Source of the DNA: Candidatus Zhuqueibacterota bacterium
Lineage (GTDB): Bacteria > Zhuqueibacterota > Zhuqueibacteria > Thermofontimicrobiales > Thermofontimicrobiaceae
Length of the DNA stretch: 64,000 nt
Reading direction: 5' to 3'
Assembly (NCBI GenBank): GCA_049322915.1
Contig: JBMOPW010000030.1
Span: 1 to 64,000, forward strand
A program made the position numbers and the translations under genes. The notes below the pieces were generated by a model that made no database searches, had not been told where the DNA came from, and was given only the letters and a program-made list of their open reading frames with translations. This document shows positions 10,118 to 20,762 of the stretch, in pieces. How positions within the stretch are numbered: the first letter of the stretch is position 1; every line of letters begins with the position of its first letter.

Positions 10118-12592
10118 ATGAAATTTCCGAAATCCCTGACAATCCTGTTTCTCATCCCGACTCTCGCGTTTTGCTCCTTGAACCTGTTCGTGGACCCACT
10201 TTTAGGCCAGTCCAATAGCATCGAAACGCCGCCGGTGATCGTGGTTCCCGGTCAGCCGTTTTCTTTCACCCGAACGCTTTATTCTTCAGCCATTGAATTT
10301 ACCGATGAAGATACTCTGCTCTGGGATCAGTTGGACCCGGCAATTCAACTCGAACGCATCAAACGGCAAGACGCTAGCAGCCTTGTCATCACGTGCCGCG
10401 TCCTTCCGGGACTGTCCGAGTTGGGCAGGAAATGCTTTCAGATCCGGTCACTGCCCTATTTTCTCATCACCGACGGGACATTGTCCCAGTTGAAGTCCGA
10501 CGGTCTGCCCGCCGACATTCTGGCCGCGCTGGATGGGTTGAAGAACTCACTTCAGATCGGCGAACGTAATTTTGAAACGCTACTCAGACAAGGACTCGGC
10601 GAGTCCGCGACCAATCAGTACCGCACGCTCATTTTCAGTGCGGCGGCAAAAATACAGTCGCCTCTGGTGAAGGCCAGCGGTTGCATTGAATTCAGGGCGC
10701 CGCGCCCGGAAATTGTCTCGGTTTCGATAATGACGAACAACACCAGGCAGGACGCGCTGCAATTATCCGGCGCCAGCAACACATCGGCGGACATGGCAAT
10801 TGAGGGCATGGGATTTTACAAAGGCGCCGCGGTGATCTTCGACGATCCGGCCATCGTCGTGACGCATTGTTACCTGGCCGAACCCGGCAACATTGGCCGG
10901 CTCGTGGCCCACATTGAAATCAATAAAGAACAACTGCCCGAAATCGGCCCGCAGAAGTTTCGAATCACCCATCCCTTTGCGATGGCGAATTACGATGGAC
11001 GTCTCACCGTCAAAGGCGCGAGGACCCCGGTCATTTTCAGTTTTCAGCCCGATGAACTGCGCGCCGATGGCTCGGTCCAGGCGATTACAATCAAAGGCAT
11101 GAATTTCTCCCGTTACGCCCGCGTGTCTCTGCCGGGATTGAACGATGCGGCTGAGGCGCCGGTCGTGTTCAAAGATCACACTGAACTGCAATGCCACGCG
11201 CCGGTTCCTGTGACCCGGACCAACACGAAATATCAGATGGTTATCACCAATCCGGACGGGCAATCCGCCACCGGTGAAATTGCTGCCTCGCGGCGCTTCG
11301 CATTGGCCCAGGCCGAAATCAGGAATCGCGCGGAACGTCTCTATTTCGGCAAACCGACCACTGTGGAGTTCGTCATTTTTCCGGAGAAAGATGAGCAAAA
11401 GCGGAAATTCAATCGCGGCTCAAAATATGAAGTGAAGATCGGCAATCAGGTGTACGAGGCGGACTATGTGAATCAGGCCATGCTGCGCGCTCACATCGAT
11501 CTCCCATCGGACCAGGCGCTGAGCATGGACACGGACAATCTCAAGCTGAGCTTTTCGCTTGCTGAAAAAAATCTGGTCGCCGAGTGGACCGGCGAAGTCG
11601 ATGTTTTCTTCCCGCCAGTGGTACAGAATCCGCCGGCGTTGATATTTCATCCAGGGGAACGCGCCAAAATCGTGCTCAATGGCAACCAGCTCGCCAAAGC
11701 CAGCCTGCTGTCGGATGAAAATTTGACCGTCTCAGGAATCAGCTCGTCGCCCAACCAATTGGCCGTATCGGTCAAAGTCGAGAATGCCGCGCCGGACGGG
11801 ACCTATCACCTCACGCTCAGCAAAGACGGGCTCCCGTTTGAAAAGATACCCATCACCGTGAAACAATGGGCGAGTTTCGAGAGCTACATTCGCTGGGGCA
11901 AAGGCAGGCTGCCGCGGATGCGCCGACTCACTTTCGATGAACAGCAAATTCACACCCACGGCGCAATTCAGTTGGAATTGGATGGCAGCAAAATTTCCAG
12001 GCAGGATGGCAAACAGATAGTCACCATTGAAGCCCGATTCGACTCTTTGAACGCCGTCCCGTTTTTCACCCGGTCGGATACCATCGTCCCCGGCAAGCCA
12101 GCCGAATATTTGCCCATCACGCTCTCCGGCCAGGTGACAGCCGGAAATATCCTGCGGATTTCCATCTCCAACATCCATCATCAGAATGAGTTTTCTTTAC
12201 GATTCAGGACAATGAGTCTCTGGCACGAGCGCGTCGAAGCCGCCACCGGCATTACGGCCATGCGCATTCCTTTGAACGGCGACAATGTCCAGCTCCTGGA
12301 AGACATTGCCCTGGGCCTGAACTACCGCTTCCACGATCAACTCGCCTGGGCGAAAATGAACGTCAGCGCGTTCATCATGAATCCGACCACCGACGATGGA
12401 TTCAGCGCTGATATTGGCGCCGGCGTGTCCCTGGTGCTGTGGAATCATCTCATTCTCGGTCTTGGTAAACAATTCACCGCCAATACCTACAGCCAAACTG
12501 CCGACGACACGCCGGCGGCAGAGATGGAAAAACCCTGGTTTCTCATCCTCGGCGTCGCTTTCAAATTCGATCCGACCGCTGTGACGAAGTAG
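10118..12592 (+). CDS. Large exported hypothetical protein with IPT/TIG-like Ig domains
   Basis: N-terminal signal; repeated P.I.S..P / ITIKG.NF / ITNPDGQSA beta-sandwich motifs; amphipathic beta-rich C-terminus; GAGGAG RBS. Confidence 0.7.
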   Translation: MKFPKSLTILFLIPTLAFCSLNLFVDPLLGQSNSIETPPVIVVPGQPFSFTRTLYSSAIEFTDEDTLLWDQLDPAIQLERIKRQDASSLVITCRVLPGLSELGRKCFQIRSLPYFLITDGTLSQLKSDGLPADILAALDGLKNSLQIGERNFETLLRQGLGESATNQYRTLIFSAAAKIQSPLVKASGCIEFRAPRPEIVSVSIMTNNTRQDALQLSGASNTSADMAIEGMGFYKGAAVIFDDPAIVVTHCYLAEPGNIGRLVAHIEINKEQLPEIGPQKFRITHPFAMANYDGRLTVKGARTPVIFSFQPDELRADGSVQAITIKGMNFSRYARVSLPGLNDAAEAPVVFKDHTELQCHAPVPVTRTNTKYQMVITNPDGQSATGEIAASRRFALAQAEIRNRAERLYFGKPTTVEFVIFPEKDEQKRKFNRGSKYEVKIGNQVYEADYVNQAMLRAHIDLPSDQALSMDTDNLKLSFSLAEKNLVAEWTGEVDVFFPPVVQNPPALIFHPGERAKIVLNGNQLAKASLLSDENLTVSGISSSPNQLAVSVKVENAAPDGTYHLTLSKDGLPFEKIPITVKQWASFESYIRWGKGRLPRMRRLTFDEQQIHTHGAIQLELDGSKISRQDGKQIVTIEARFDSLNAVPFFTRSDTIVPGKPAEYLPITLSGQVTAGNILRISISNIHHQNEFSLRFRTMSLWHERVEAATGITAMRIPLNGDNVQLLEDIALGLNYRFHDQLAWAKMNVSAFIMNPTTDDGFSADIGAGVSLVLWNHLILGLGKQFTANTYSQTADDTPAAEMEKPWFLILGVAFKFDPTAVTK

Positions 12593-12889
12593 CCGTTCCG
12601 AAAAAATCAGGCGAACTGACGATTCAGCCATCTCAGGTCCCTCTGCCTCTTCCAACGGAACAGAGGGACCCGTTGGCGAATCGGCTCACCAAAGCCGCTA
12701 TGGCCGAATGCTGCAACCTTCGCAGCGACGCGCCGAAATGGAATGCCGCCCATTCGGATTGACCGCGAGAAAGCATTGTCAACCGGCTTCCCTTTCGATG
12801 GAAAACTTCTTGCATTCCTCAACTTTTTTTCTATATTAAGGGTTAAAATTCTCTCCATCGTTCGATGAACCCTCGCAACCGAAACAGGT

Positions 12890-13849
12890 ATGAAAAAGAA
12901 AATATTATTCATCTGCGGCAGCCACAATCAAACCACGCAAATGCACAAGATCGCCTGCGAACTTTCTGAATATGACAACTATTTCACGCCTCACTACGCG
13001 GATGGACTGGTCGAATTTCTCCGCAAGGTGCGATTGACAGAAATGACCGTCGTCGGCAATAAGCTGGTTAAAAAATGCATGGCCTATCTGAATTCCCATC
13101 AATTGAAAATCGACTTTCGCGGGAAAAACAATGATTACGATCTGGTTGTCACCTGCTCGGATCTGGTGGTTCAAAAAGTCCTGCTCGACAAACGCGTGGT
13201 GATGGTTCAGGAGGGAATGATCGATCCCATTACCTGGAAATTTCATCTGGTGACGAAACTGCGGTTTCTGCCGATGTGGCTGGCCGGCACGTCCATCGTC
13301 GGGCTGAGCGACCAATACGAGCATTTCTGCGTCGCCAGCGAGGGGTTCAAACAGATTTTCATCGAGCGCGGCGTGAAGCCGGAGAAGATTCGGGTCACGG
13401 GCATTCCCAACTTTGACAATTGCAGCGACTTTGAACGCAGCGACTTCCCGCACAAGGATTTTGTCCTGGTATGCACCTCGGATTTGCGCGAAAAATATCG
13501 TCTGGAAAACCGCAAAAAATTCATTCAATTTGCCCGCAGCGTGGCCGATGGCCAGCAATTGATTTTCAAATTGCATCCAAATGAAAATCACGCGCGGGCG
13601 ACGCGGGAGATAAACCGCTGGGCCCCGGAGGCGCTGGTGTACAATCACGGCAGCGCCGAACAGATGATCGCCAAATGCCACACGCTCATCACCCGCTATT
13701 CCTCGACGATCATGGTGGCAGCCGCGCTGGACAAGCGTGTCATCTCCGATTTCGACGACGAAACCATTCACAAGATGAAGCCCTGGCAGAACGGAAACGC
13801 CGCCGCCCGCATCGCCGATTTATGCCGGGACATGCTGAATTCGCAATGA
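12890..13849 (+). CDS. GT-B fold protein (UDP-GlcNAc 2-epimerase/glycosyltransferase-like)
   Basis: GVKPEKIRVTGIPNFD, LIFKLHPNE, ITRYSST and GNAAARIAD motifs. Confidence 0.65.
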   Translation: MKKKILFICGSHNQTTQMHKIACELSEYDNYFTPHYADGLVEFLRKVRLTEMTVVGNKLVKKCMAYLNSHQLKIDFRGKNNDYDLVVTCSDLVVQKVLLDKRVVMVQEGMIDPITWKFHLVTKLRFLPMWLAGTSIVGLSDQYEHFCVASEGFKQIFIERGVKPEKIRVTGIPNFDNCSDFERSDFPHKDFVLVCTSDLREKYRLENRKKFIQFARSVADGQQLIFKLHPNENHARATREINRWAPEALVYNHGSAEQMIAKCHTLITRYSSTIMVAAALDKRVISDFDDETIHKMKPWQNGNAAARIADLCRDMLNSQ

Positions 13850-13893
13850 CCGCGCTCCAAAGCTGTCAGTTCAAGAAAAAAGGAACTGTACCA

Positions 13894-14913
13894 ATGAGCT
13901 TTCCCCGACAACGATTTCTGGATGCGATGCATTTCTCTCGCCCGGACAAAATACCGGTGTTTTATCATCCCTCGCCGGCCGGGTTATACATTCACGGCCA
14001 GAAGTTGCTGGATCTGTTCCGCCAATATCCGCCCGACAATCCCATCCAGTTCGCGTCATTGCCGCAGCCGCCGGCCAGCGCGTTTGATGCGCGCGGCGAT
14101 TATCATGAACTGAAAATCGATGATTGGGGCGCCACCTGGGAGTATTTGATCTTCGGCATTCAGGGCCATCCGAAAAAATATCCCATCGAATCGTGGGAAG
14201 CGGCTCAGGACTACGAATTCCCGCCGCTGTCCAGCTTTCTCGAATTTGACAAAGCCGATGTGTTCAACCGTCGGGATGTCTATCTGTTCATCTCCGGCTG
14301 GATTTCCATTTTTGAACGGCTCCACGCGCTCCGGCCCATGGATGAATTGATGATCGGACTGGCCACTGAAGACAGGCACCTGATGCAATTTCTGGATCGG
14401 CTGGTGGATTTCTGGCTCGATGTGATCGACGCGCTCATCGACACCGGCATCGATGTCATTTTTTTCGGCGACGACTGGGGGACTCAATCCTCAACGCTGG
14501 TATCGCCGGCCATGTTTCGGGACATTTTCAAACCGCGCTACCAGCGGCTGATTGAGCCGATCCGGCAAGCGAATCGGAAATTCTTCTTTCACTGCTGCGG
14601 GTACATGGGTGAAATTCTGGACGAGATCATCGACCTGGGTTTTCACGGTCTCTGGCCGCAACTGGTCCTGTTCGAGCAGGATCCTTCGCTGTTCCAAAAA
14701 TGCGAGGACGCGCGGATGACGCTGTTCATTCACCCGGATCGGCAGACATTGATTCCCCGCGGCACGCCGCAGCTCATTGAATCGACCATTGCGCGCTACG
14801 CCGCGAAATACCATCAGTTGGGCGGCGGTGGAATTTTCTATATTGAAATCGAAAACGACGCGCCGTTCGAAAATGTGGCAGCCTTGATTCAATCGGTATT
14901 CAAATACCGATGA
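13894..14913 (+). CDS. Uroporphyrinogen decarboxylase (URO-D/MtaA-CmuA) family protein
   Basis: RPDKIPV, DDWG, FGDDWGTQ...SPAMFR.IFKP, FHCCG and PFENV motifs. Start set at ATG 13894. Confidence 0.82.
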   Translation: MSFPRQRFLDAMHFSRPDKIPVFYHPSPAGLYIHGQKLLDLFRQYPPDNPIQFASLPQPPASAFDARGDYHELKIDDWGATWEYLIFGIQGHPKKYPIESWEAAQDYEFPPLSSFLEFDKADVFNRRDVYLFISGWISIFERLHALRPMDELMIGLATEDRHLMQFLDRLVDFWLDVIDALIDTGIDVIFFGDDWGTQSSTLVSPAMFRDIFKPRYQRLIEPIRQANRKFFFHCCGYMGEILDEIIDLGFHGLWPQLVLFEQDPSLFQKCEDARMTLFIHPDRQTLIPRGTPQLIESTIARYAAKYHQLGGGGIFYIEIENDAPFENVAALIQSVFKYR

Positions 14914-14954
14914 TACGAGGCAGGCCCAATGCTGCAAATTCAACGAAAAAGTGA

Positions 14955-14983
14955 TTGACTTTTTCCTCTGGAAACATTAATAT
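14955..14983 (+). promoter_or_regulatory. Putative sigma70 promoter
   Basis: TTGACT-N17-TAATAT. Confidence 0.5.
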
Positions 14984-15202
14984 AGCACGTGAGTTATCAG
15001 ATGGCGCCGCCGGAGCGCTCTGACTTTCAGCGAAAAACGCGCGCGGAACGGCTCATCATCGGCAACAGGGCATTGAGGCGCTGACGCGAAATAACAGGTA
15101 ATCCATTCGAATCGATGTGGGCGTTGCGTTTTCGACGTTCCCTTATCCTGATTCGTCTTCAACTTCCGAGACTGAATTCTATCACATTTCGAGAGAAGAA
15201 TT

Positions 15203-17317
15203 ATGAAGAAAAACACGATACCCCTTGTTCTTCTTTCTCTGCTATTCACTTTCTTTTACTGCCATGTAATTTTTGCCATTACAAAGCCGGAAAAAAAGAG
15301 AAACGCTCCGCCCAACGAGCCATGCACGATTGAGCAGGATGACAGTTCGTTCGTTTTCAAATACGATGACACTCTCCTTTTGAAAGCCGTCATCGAAGGC
15401 GCCGGAGCCAATCCCGGTTACATCACGATAACGGAAACTGAGGACGGCGCCACAAACCAGGTTGTCAAATGGTCGAGCTTCGGCAAGCCCATCAAGCTCA
15501 CCGGCTTTATCCTGGGCAGTGATGAAGCGTTTCCGTGCGAGTCCGACAGGAAATCAATTGGCCCGGACATTGTCCGCCACAGCATGGGTCTGAGCCGAAG
15601 CCGTCTCAATCGCGCTGTGTACGACCGCCATTCCGACTGGGTGCTCTCCGTCGATTTCCCTGCTTCGGTCGAAATCGTCCCGGAAGCCGGTATCCCGAAT
15701 TCCACCTTATTCAAAATCACCATCATCGGTCAGGACATCATCCTTCGTTTCCGTCCCCATTACTATCACATTCACCGCGGGTTTGATTTTTTCCAGCCGT
15801 GGACATACCGCGTCTGGCAGAAGCCGGTCGCCGGCTGGTGCTCCTGGTTCGCCTATTTTCAAAATATAAACGAGCGGGACGTCCGTTACACCGCCGACGT
15901 ACTGTCTGAAGTGCTCGCGCCCTTTGGACTCACCTATCTGCAAATCGATGATGGCTATCAGAGAAATCCGGCAGGCATGCCGGAGACGTGGATTTTCCCC
16001 AATGAGAAATTTCCCTCCGGACTGAATCAACTGAGCCAATATATCACCGAGCGGGGATTGAAGCCGGGCATCTGGACCTACACCGCATTTTTACAGGGCG
16101 ACATCGCCAAAGCGAAAAAGGACTATTTCGTCCTCAACGACAAGGGCGAGCCGGCGTTCGGTAAATGGGTCGGCTTTATTATGGACGGCTCCAATACGGC
16201 GACGCTGGACAGCATTATTCGGCCGTTGTACCGCGGATTGCGGCAGCAGGGCTGGCAGTATTACAAAGTCGATGCGCTGCGCCATTTGCGCTACGAGGGC
16301 TACAACAGCTATTCCGATTATTTTGAAAAAAAGAAAATCGACCGCGTGGCGACCTACCGCCAGACCGTACAAGCAATACGCGACGAAATTGGCTATGACA
16401 ATTTCATGCTCGGCTGCTGGGGCATTCGTCCCGAACTGATGGGAATTCTCGATGGCTGCCGCATTGGCGGCGATGGCTTTGGCTATGCCGGACTGGCCCA
16501 GTACAATTCATTCAACAATGTCATCTGGCGCAACGATCCTGACCATATCGAACTGACCCAGGAAGAGGCGTGGCGCTCGACCACGGTCACCTCGCTCACC
16601 GGCTCGCTGTTCATGCTCACGGACAAGCCGGACATGTACCGCTCCGAGCGAGTGGAGCCGGCCAAACGCTGCCTGCCGGTGCCGTTCACCCTGCCGGGCC
16701 AGATTTTTGACGTGGATCCCACGCGCTCCGACGCGCTGCATTTGATCGATTCGGAGATGAGCGGCGATGACATCCGGCCATTCGACGCGGACCGCAATCC
16801 GCGCTGTTTTTTATACCTGCTGGAAATCAATAAGCCGTTCGAGAACTGGGTGGTCCTGGGTCGAACCGGCGGCGAGACGAATCAGGTGCGATTCTACGAC
16901 CTGGGCTTGCCCCACGACAGGGAATATTTCGTGTTCGAATTCTGGACCAAGACGTTACTGGGCAGTTTCTCCGGTTCGTTCAGCATGGGAGAAATGGACA
17001 CCAGGTTCAACTGCCAGTTGTTCTGCATTCGCGAACGCCTTCCGAAACCCCAAATTCTCGCCACCAACCGGCACATCACCTGCGGCGGCATCGATCTGGA
17101 ATCAGTGAATTGGCAGAATAATGTGCTCGAAGCAGAAAGCGCGATGGTCGCCAATGATATCTATTCGGTCTACATGTCCGAGCCGCGCGGTTTTAAATTG
17201 AAAAATGTAACCTGCGAAACCGCTGAAATTCTCGACGCTAAAATCTACGGCATGGTTCGGGTGATTCGCCTCAAATCGCAGACGAGCCAGGTGGTGAAGT
17301 GGCGCCTCGAATATTGA
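15203..17317 (+). CDS. Exported alpha-galactosidase-like glycoside hydrolase (clan GH-D, GH36/GH27-like)
   Basis: Signal peptide; GWCSW, LQIDDGYQ, KFPSG, GLKPGIW, YYKVD, CRIGGD and NDPD motifs. Confidence 0.8.
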   Translation: MKKNTIPLVLLSLLFTFFYCHVIFAITKPEKKRNAPPNEPCTIEQDDSSFVFKYDDTLLLKAVIEGAGANPGYITITETEDGATNQVVKWSSFGKPIKLTGFILGSDEAFPCESDRKSIGPDIVRHSMGLSRSRLNRAVYDRHSDWVLSVDFPASVEIVPEAGIPNSTLFKITIIGQDIILRFRPHYYHIHRGFDFFQPWTYRVWQKPVAGWCSWFAYFQNINERDVRYTADVLSEVLAPFGLTYLQIDDGYQRNPAGMPETWIFPNEKFPSGLNQLSQYITERGLKPGIWTYTAFLQGDIAKAKKDYFVLNDKGEPAFGKWVGFIMDGSNTATLDSIIRPLYRGLRQQGWQYYKVDALRHLRYEGYNSYSDYFEKKKIDRVATYRQTVQAIRDEIGYDNFMLGCWGIRPELMGILDGCRIGGDGFGYAGLAQYNSFNNVIWRNDPDHIELTQEEAWRSTTVTSLTGSLFMLTDKPDMYRSERVEPAKRCLPVPFTLPGQIFDVDPTRSDALHLIDSEMSGDDIRPFDADRNPRCFLYLLEINKPFENWVVLGRTGGETNQVRFYDLGLPHDREYFVFEFWTKTLLGSFSGSFSMGEMDTRFNCQLFCIRERLPKPQILATNRHITCGGIDLESVNWQNNVLEAESAMVANDIYSVYMSEPRGFKLKNVTCETAEILDAKIYGMVRVIRLKSQTSQVVKWRLEY

Positions 17318-17447
17318 GCTTCCGGCGCGGATGACAGGTCGATCACACACCGGGCGCATAGCTGAGATGCATTGGCTTTTTTCGGCTGTGTCAACTACGT
17401 CTCTAATCACATAAACTGGTAACCTTAAAAAATTGAGGAGAATGACA

Positions 17448-17771
17448 ATGTCTCACACCTTTGAAGAATTGAAAAAAAAGACAGTCGCTCAACTTCGGGA
17501 AATTGCTGCGGGAATTGACAACGAAGCAGTGCGAGGTTATACTCAGTTGAACAAGGAGCACCTGCTGGAAGCGTTGTGCAAAGCATTGAACATTGATATG
17601 CATGTGCATCATGAAGTTGTTGGTTTGAATAAATCCCAGATCAAAGCGCAAATCCGGCAGATGAAAAAGAAACGCGATATTGCCGAAGCGGCGCACGATC
17701 ACAAGGAAATAAAAGCAGTGAGGGCACAGATTAAACGGCTCAAAAATGCGCTTCGACGGGCGACCGTTTGA
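17448..17771 (+). CDS. Small basic protein with Rho N-terminal-like (HEH) domain and coiled coil
   Basis: ELKKKTVAQLREIA...YTQLNKEHLL resembles Rho_N; GAGGAG RBS 7 nt before ATG 17448. Confidence 0.75.
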   Translation: MSHTFEELKKKTVAQLREIAAGIDNEAVRGYTQLNKEHLLEALCKALNIDMHVHHEVVGLNKSQIKAQIRQMKKKRDIAEAAHDHKEIKAVRAQIKRLKNALRRATV

Positions 17772-17906
17772 GTCGGGCCTGCTGTAAATTTTCTCGTTTT
17801 GGCTTTATCGAAATTCGTTCAAGTCGTGACCAGCGGGTTGAAATAGAACGCGCCGCATGTCGTGCGTCGAACACGATGTTCGTTCATCCGTTCGCCGGGG
17901 AATACA

Positions 17907-18497
17907 ATGGAATTTTTACCACTGACTCAGGACAGCTGGGACTCGTTCGAAACCTTATTCGGCCAGCGCGGCGCCAGTGGAGGATGCTGGTGCATGTGGT
18001 GGCGGCTTTCGAACAGACAGTTCCAGGGACAAAAAGGTGAAGCGAACCGTTTGGCAATGAAGGCAATCGTTGCCGAAGGGAGAATACCCGGCATTCTTGC
18101 CGTTGAAAATGGTCAGGCTGTCGGCTGGTGCGCCGTGGCCCCCAGGGAAGAATTCCCCCGGCTCAACAATTCGCGGATCCTCAGGCCTGTGGATGATTCA
18201 CCGGTGTGGTCTGTGGTCTGTCTGTTCGTCGACAAAAAATTTCGGCGCAGGGGTATTTCCACAGCGCTGCTGAAAGCCGCTGTGGCGTATGTCCAAATGC
18301 GCGGCGGCCGAACTGTTGAAGGGTATGCCATCGACCCGAAGGCAGGAAAAATGCCGGATGTTTTTGTATACAACGGTCTTTATAGCGCGTACATAAGCGC
18401 TGGATTTGTTGAAGTCGCGCGCCGGTCCGCGACGCGTCCCATTATGCGATTTGTCATTGGCAAGGACGACGATGCCACTGTTTCGACTGTGCCGTGA
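17907..18497 (+). CDS. GNAT family N-acetyltransferase
   Basis: GCWCMWWR, VGWCAVAPR, VWSVVCLFV..FRRRGIS acetyl-CoA motif, VEGY. Confidence 0.9.
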   Translation: MEFLPLTQDSWDSFETLFGQRGASGGCWCMWWRLSNRQFQGQKGEANRLAMKAIVAEGRIPGILAVENGQAVGWCAVAPREEFPRLNNSRILRPVDDSPVWSVVCLFVDKKFRRRGISTALLKAAVAYVQMRGGRTVEGYAIDPKAGKMPDVFVYNGLYSAYISAGFVEVARRSATRPIMRFVIGKDDDATVSTVP

Positions 18498-18645
18498 CGC
18501 GAAGTGATTGAGCGGCCGATTTATTGAGGCCTGACAGCTGACGGCTGATAGCAAATCGCCCAATAATTGAAAATTCAAAATGTACCGAAAACCAGATTTG
18601 GTGGAGTAACATTCAAAATCCATAATCAAACAGAGGAACACCTTT

Positions 18646-20742
18646 ATGAAAAAAATCTTATTACTGAATGCTGTCATCAGCTTGTTTTTTTATTTCTGCG
18701 CCACGCACCAGGACAACCCGTTTTTCAGCGACTGGACCACGCCGTTCAAGACGCCTCCCTTCGACAAAATCAAGGATGAACATTTCGAACCGGCTATGTT
18801 GAAAGGGATGGAATTGCAGGTCAAGGAAATCCATGAGATTGCCGGCAATCCGGCAGAACCGACGTTTGAAAATACGATCGAAGCAATGGAACATTCCGGC
18901 GAGCTTCTGACCAATGTGAGCAATGTATTTTTCAATCTGACTTCTGCCAACACCAATGATTCACTTCAGGGCATACGCCAGCGCATGGCCCCACTGCTGT
19001 CGAAGCACGGCGATGACATCATGCTCAACGACATACTATTTCAGCGCGTCAAAGCAGTCTACGGGAAAATTAATGAATTGACCCTCACGACCGAGCAGAA
19101 GACATTGCTGGAAAAATACTATAAAGATTTCGTCCGCGGCGGCGCGAATCTCACTGACGAACAGAAGAGCAAACTCAGAGAGATCAACAAGGAACTCGCT
19201 GTGTTGACTGTGCAATTTGGCGATCACGTGCTGGCCGAGGACAATGCGTTCAAATTGGTCATCGAGGACAAAGCGGACCTGGCCGGATTGCCGGAGGCCG
19301 TGATCTCCGGCGCGGCAGAAGCAGCCACTGAACGCGGACTCGAAGGCAAATGGGTCTTCACCCTGCACGCGCCGAGCATTTTCCCATTTTTGCAATATGC
19401 CGATAATCGCGAACTCCGGGAAAAGATTTTCACGGCGAACATTCATCGCGGCGACAACAATGACGGCAATGATAATAAAGCCATCCTGTCCAAAATCGCT
19501 GCGCTCCGCGTGAAGAAGGCCAATTTGTTGGGCTATCCCACCCATGCCCATTTTGTGCTCGAAGAAAATATGGCCAAAGAACCGGCCAATGTGTACAATC
19601 TGCTCAATAAACTTTGGGAACCAGCCCTCACCATATCCAAAAAAGAAGCCTATGAATTGCAATCCATGATTTTCGAAGAGGATAAAAATTTCAAATTGCA
19701 GCCGTGGGATTGGTGGTATTACGCTGAGAAATTGAAGAAGGCAAAATACGATCTGGATGACGAAGCGCTTCGCCCCTATTTCAAGCTGGAGAATGTGCGA
19801 CAGGGCGTTTTTGACGTCGCCAACAAACTGTACGGCATCTCGCTGGTGGAGCGCAGCGACATTCCGGTTTATCATCCGGACGTGAAAGCGTTCGAGGTGA
19901 CAGAGGCGAATGGCAGCCACATCGGCATTTTGTACGTCGATTATTTCCCACGGGCGAGCAAGCGCGGCGGCGCCTGGATGAGCGAATTTCGCGGGCAATC
20001 CAAAAAGAACGGTGAGATGATCACCCCGGTCATCTGCAATGTCGGCAATTTCTCCAAGCCCACAGCGGAAAAGCCATCGCTGCTCACGTTCGAGGAAGTG
20101 TCCACCATGTTCCACGAATTCGGCCACGCGCTGCACGGACTGCTCTCCAACTGCACGTACAGCCGATTGTCCGGGACGTCCGTTCCCCGCGATTTTGTGG
20201 AATTGCCCTCGCAAATCATGGAGAACTGGGCTTCGGAACCGGAGGTGATGAAATCGTACGCGCGACACTACGAAACAGGCGAACCCATTCCGGACGAACT
20301 GATTCAGAAAATCAAAAATGCCAGCCACTTCAACCAGGGATTCACCACGGTGGAATACCTGGCGGCGTCGTTCCTGGACATGGATTGGCACACGCTCACA
20401 ACAGCGGACGCGCAGGACGCCATTCAATTCGAGCGCGACTCGATGAATAAAATCGGCCTCATCCCGGAAATTGTCGTCCGCTACCGCAGCCCATATTTCC
20501 GGCACATCTTTTCCGGCGGTTATTCCGCGGGTTATTACAGCTACATCTGGTCCGAAGTGCTGGACGCCGATGCATTCCAGGCGTTCAAAGAGACGAGCCT
20601 GTTCGATAAAGAGACGGCCTCGCGATTCCGCAGCAACATTCTGGCTGCCGGCGGCACCGAAGACCCCATGGTGTTGTACAAACGATTCCGCGGCGCCGAG
20701 CCGGGCATCGAGCCCCTGTTGAAACGCAAAGGTTTGAAATAA
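18646..20742 (+). CDS. dcp: M3 family peptidyl-dipeptidase Dcp (probable lipoprotein)
   Basis: PPFDKIK, KRGGAWM, FHEFGHALH zinc motif, DFVELPSQ, GYSAGYYSYIWSEVLDAD. Confidence 0.92.
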   Translation: MKKILLLNAVISLFFYFCATHQDNPFFSDWTTPFKTPPFDKIKDEHFEPAMLKGMELQVKEIHEIAGNPAEPTFENTIEAMEHSGELLTNVSNVFFNLTSANTNDSLQGIRQRMAPLLSKHGDDIMLNDILFQRVKAVYGKINELTLTTEQKTLLEKYYKDFVRGGANLTDEQKSKLREINKELAVLTVQFGDHVLAEDNAFKLVIEDKADLAGLPEAVISGAAEAATERGLEGKWVFTLHAPSIFPFLQYADNRELREKIFTANIHRGDNNDGNDNKAILSKIAALRVKKANLLGYPTHAHFVLEENMAKEPANVYNLLNKLWEPALTISKKEAYELQSMIFEEDKNFKLQPWDWWYYAEKLKKAKYDLDDEALRPYFKLENVRQGVFDVANKLYGISLVERSDIPVYHPDVKAFEVTEANGSHIGILYVDYFPRASKRGGAWMSEFRGQSKKNGEMITPVICNVGNFSKPTAEKPSLLTFEEVSTMFHEFGHALHGLLSNCTYSRLSGTSVPRDFVELPSQIMENWASEPEVMKSYARHYETGEPIPDELIQKIKNASHFNQGFTTVEYLAASFLDMDWHTLTTADAQDAIQFERDSMNKIGLIPEIVVRYRSPYFRHIFSGGYSAGYYSYIWSEVLDADAFQAFKETSLFDKETASRFRSNILAAGGTEDPMVLYKRFRGAEPGIEPLLKRKGLK

Positions 20743-20762
20743 TGTCTTCGTGAATGGATTTG

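Noticed and set aside
12630..12660. SAM-I-like GGCAGAGGGAC on the minus strand, or glycine-riboswitch-like TCTCAGG
   Set aside because: The rest of each consensus is missing, and there is no suitable downstream gene in the needed orientation.
19036..20505. Long antisense ORFs (this 489-aa one, also 54195..55526, 28798..29919, 6955..7953, 24551..25447)
   Set aside because: Shadows of well-supported genes on the opposite strand, with no recognisable motifs.
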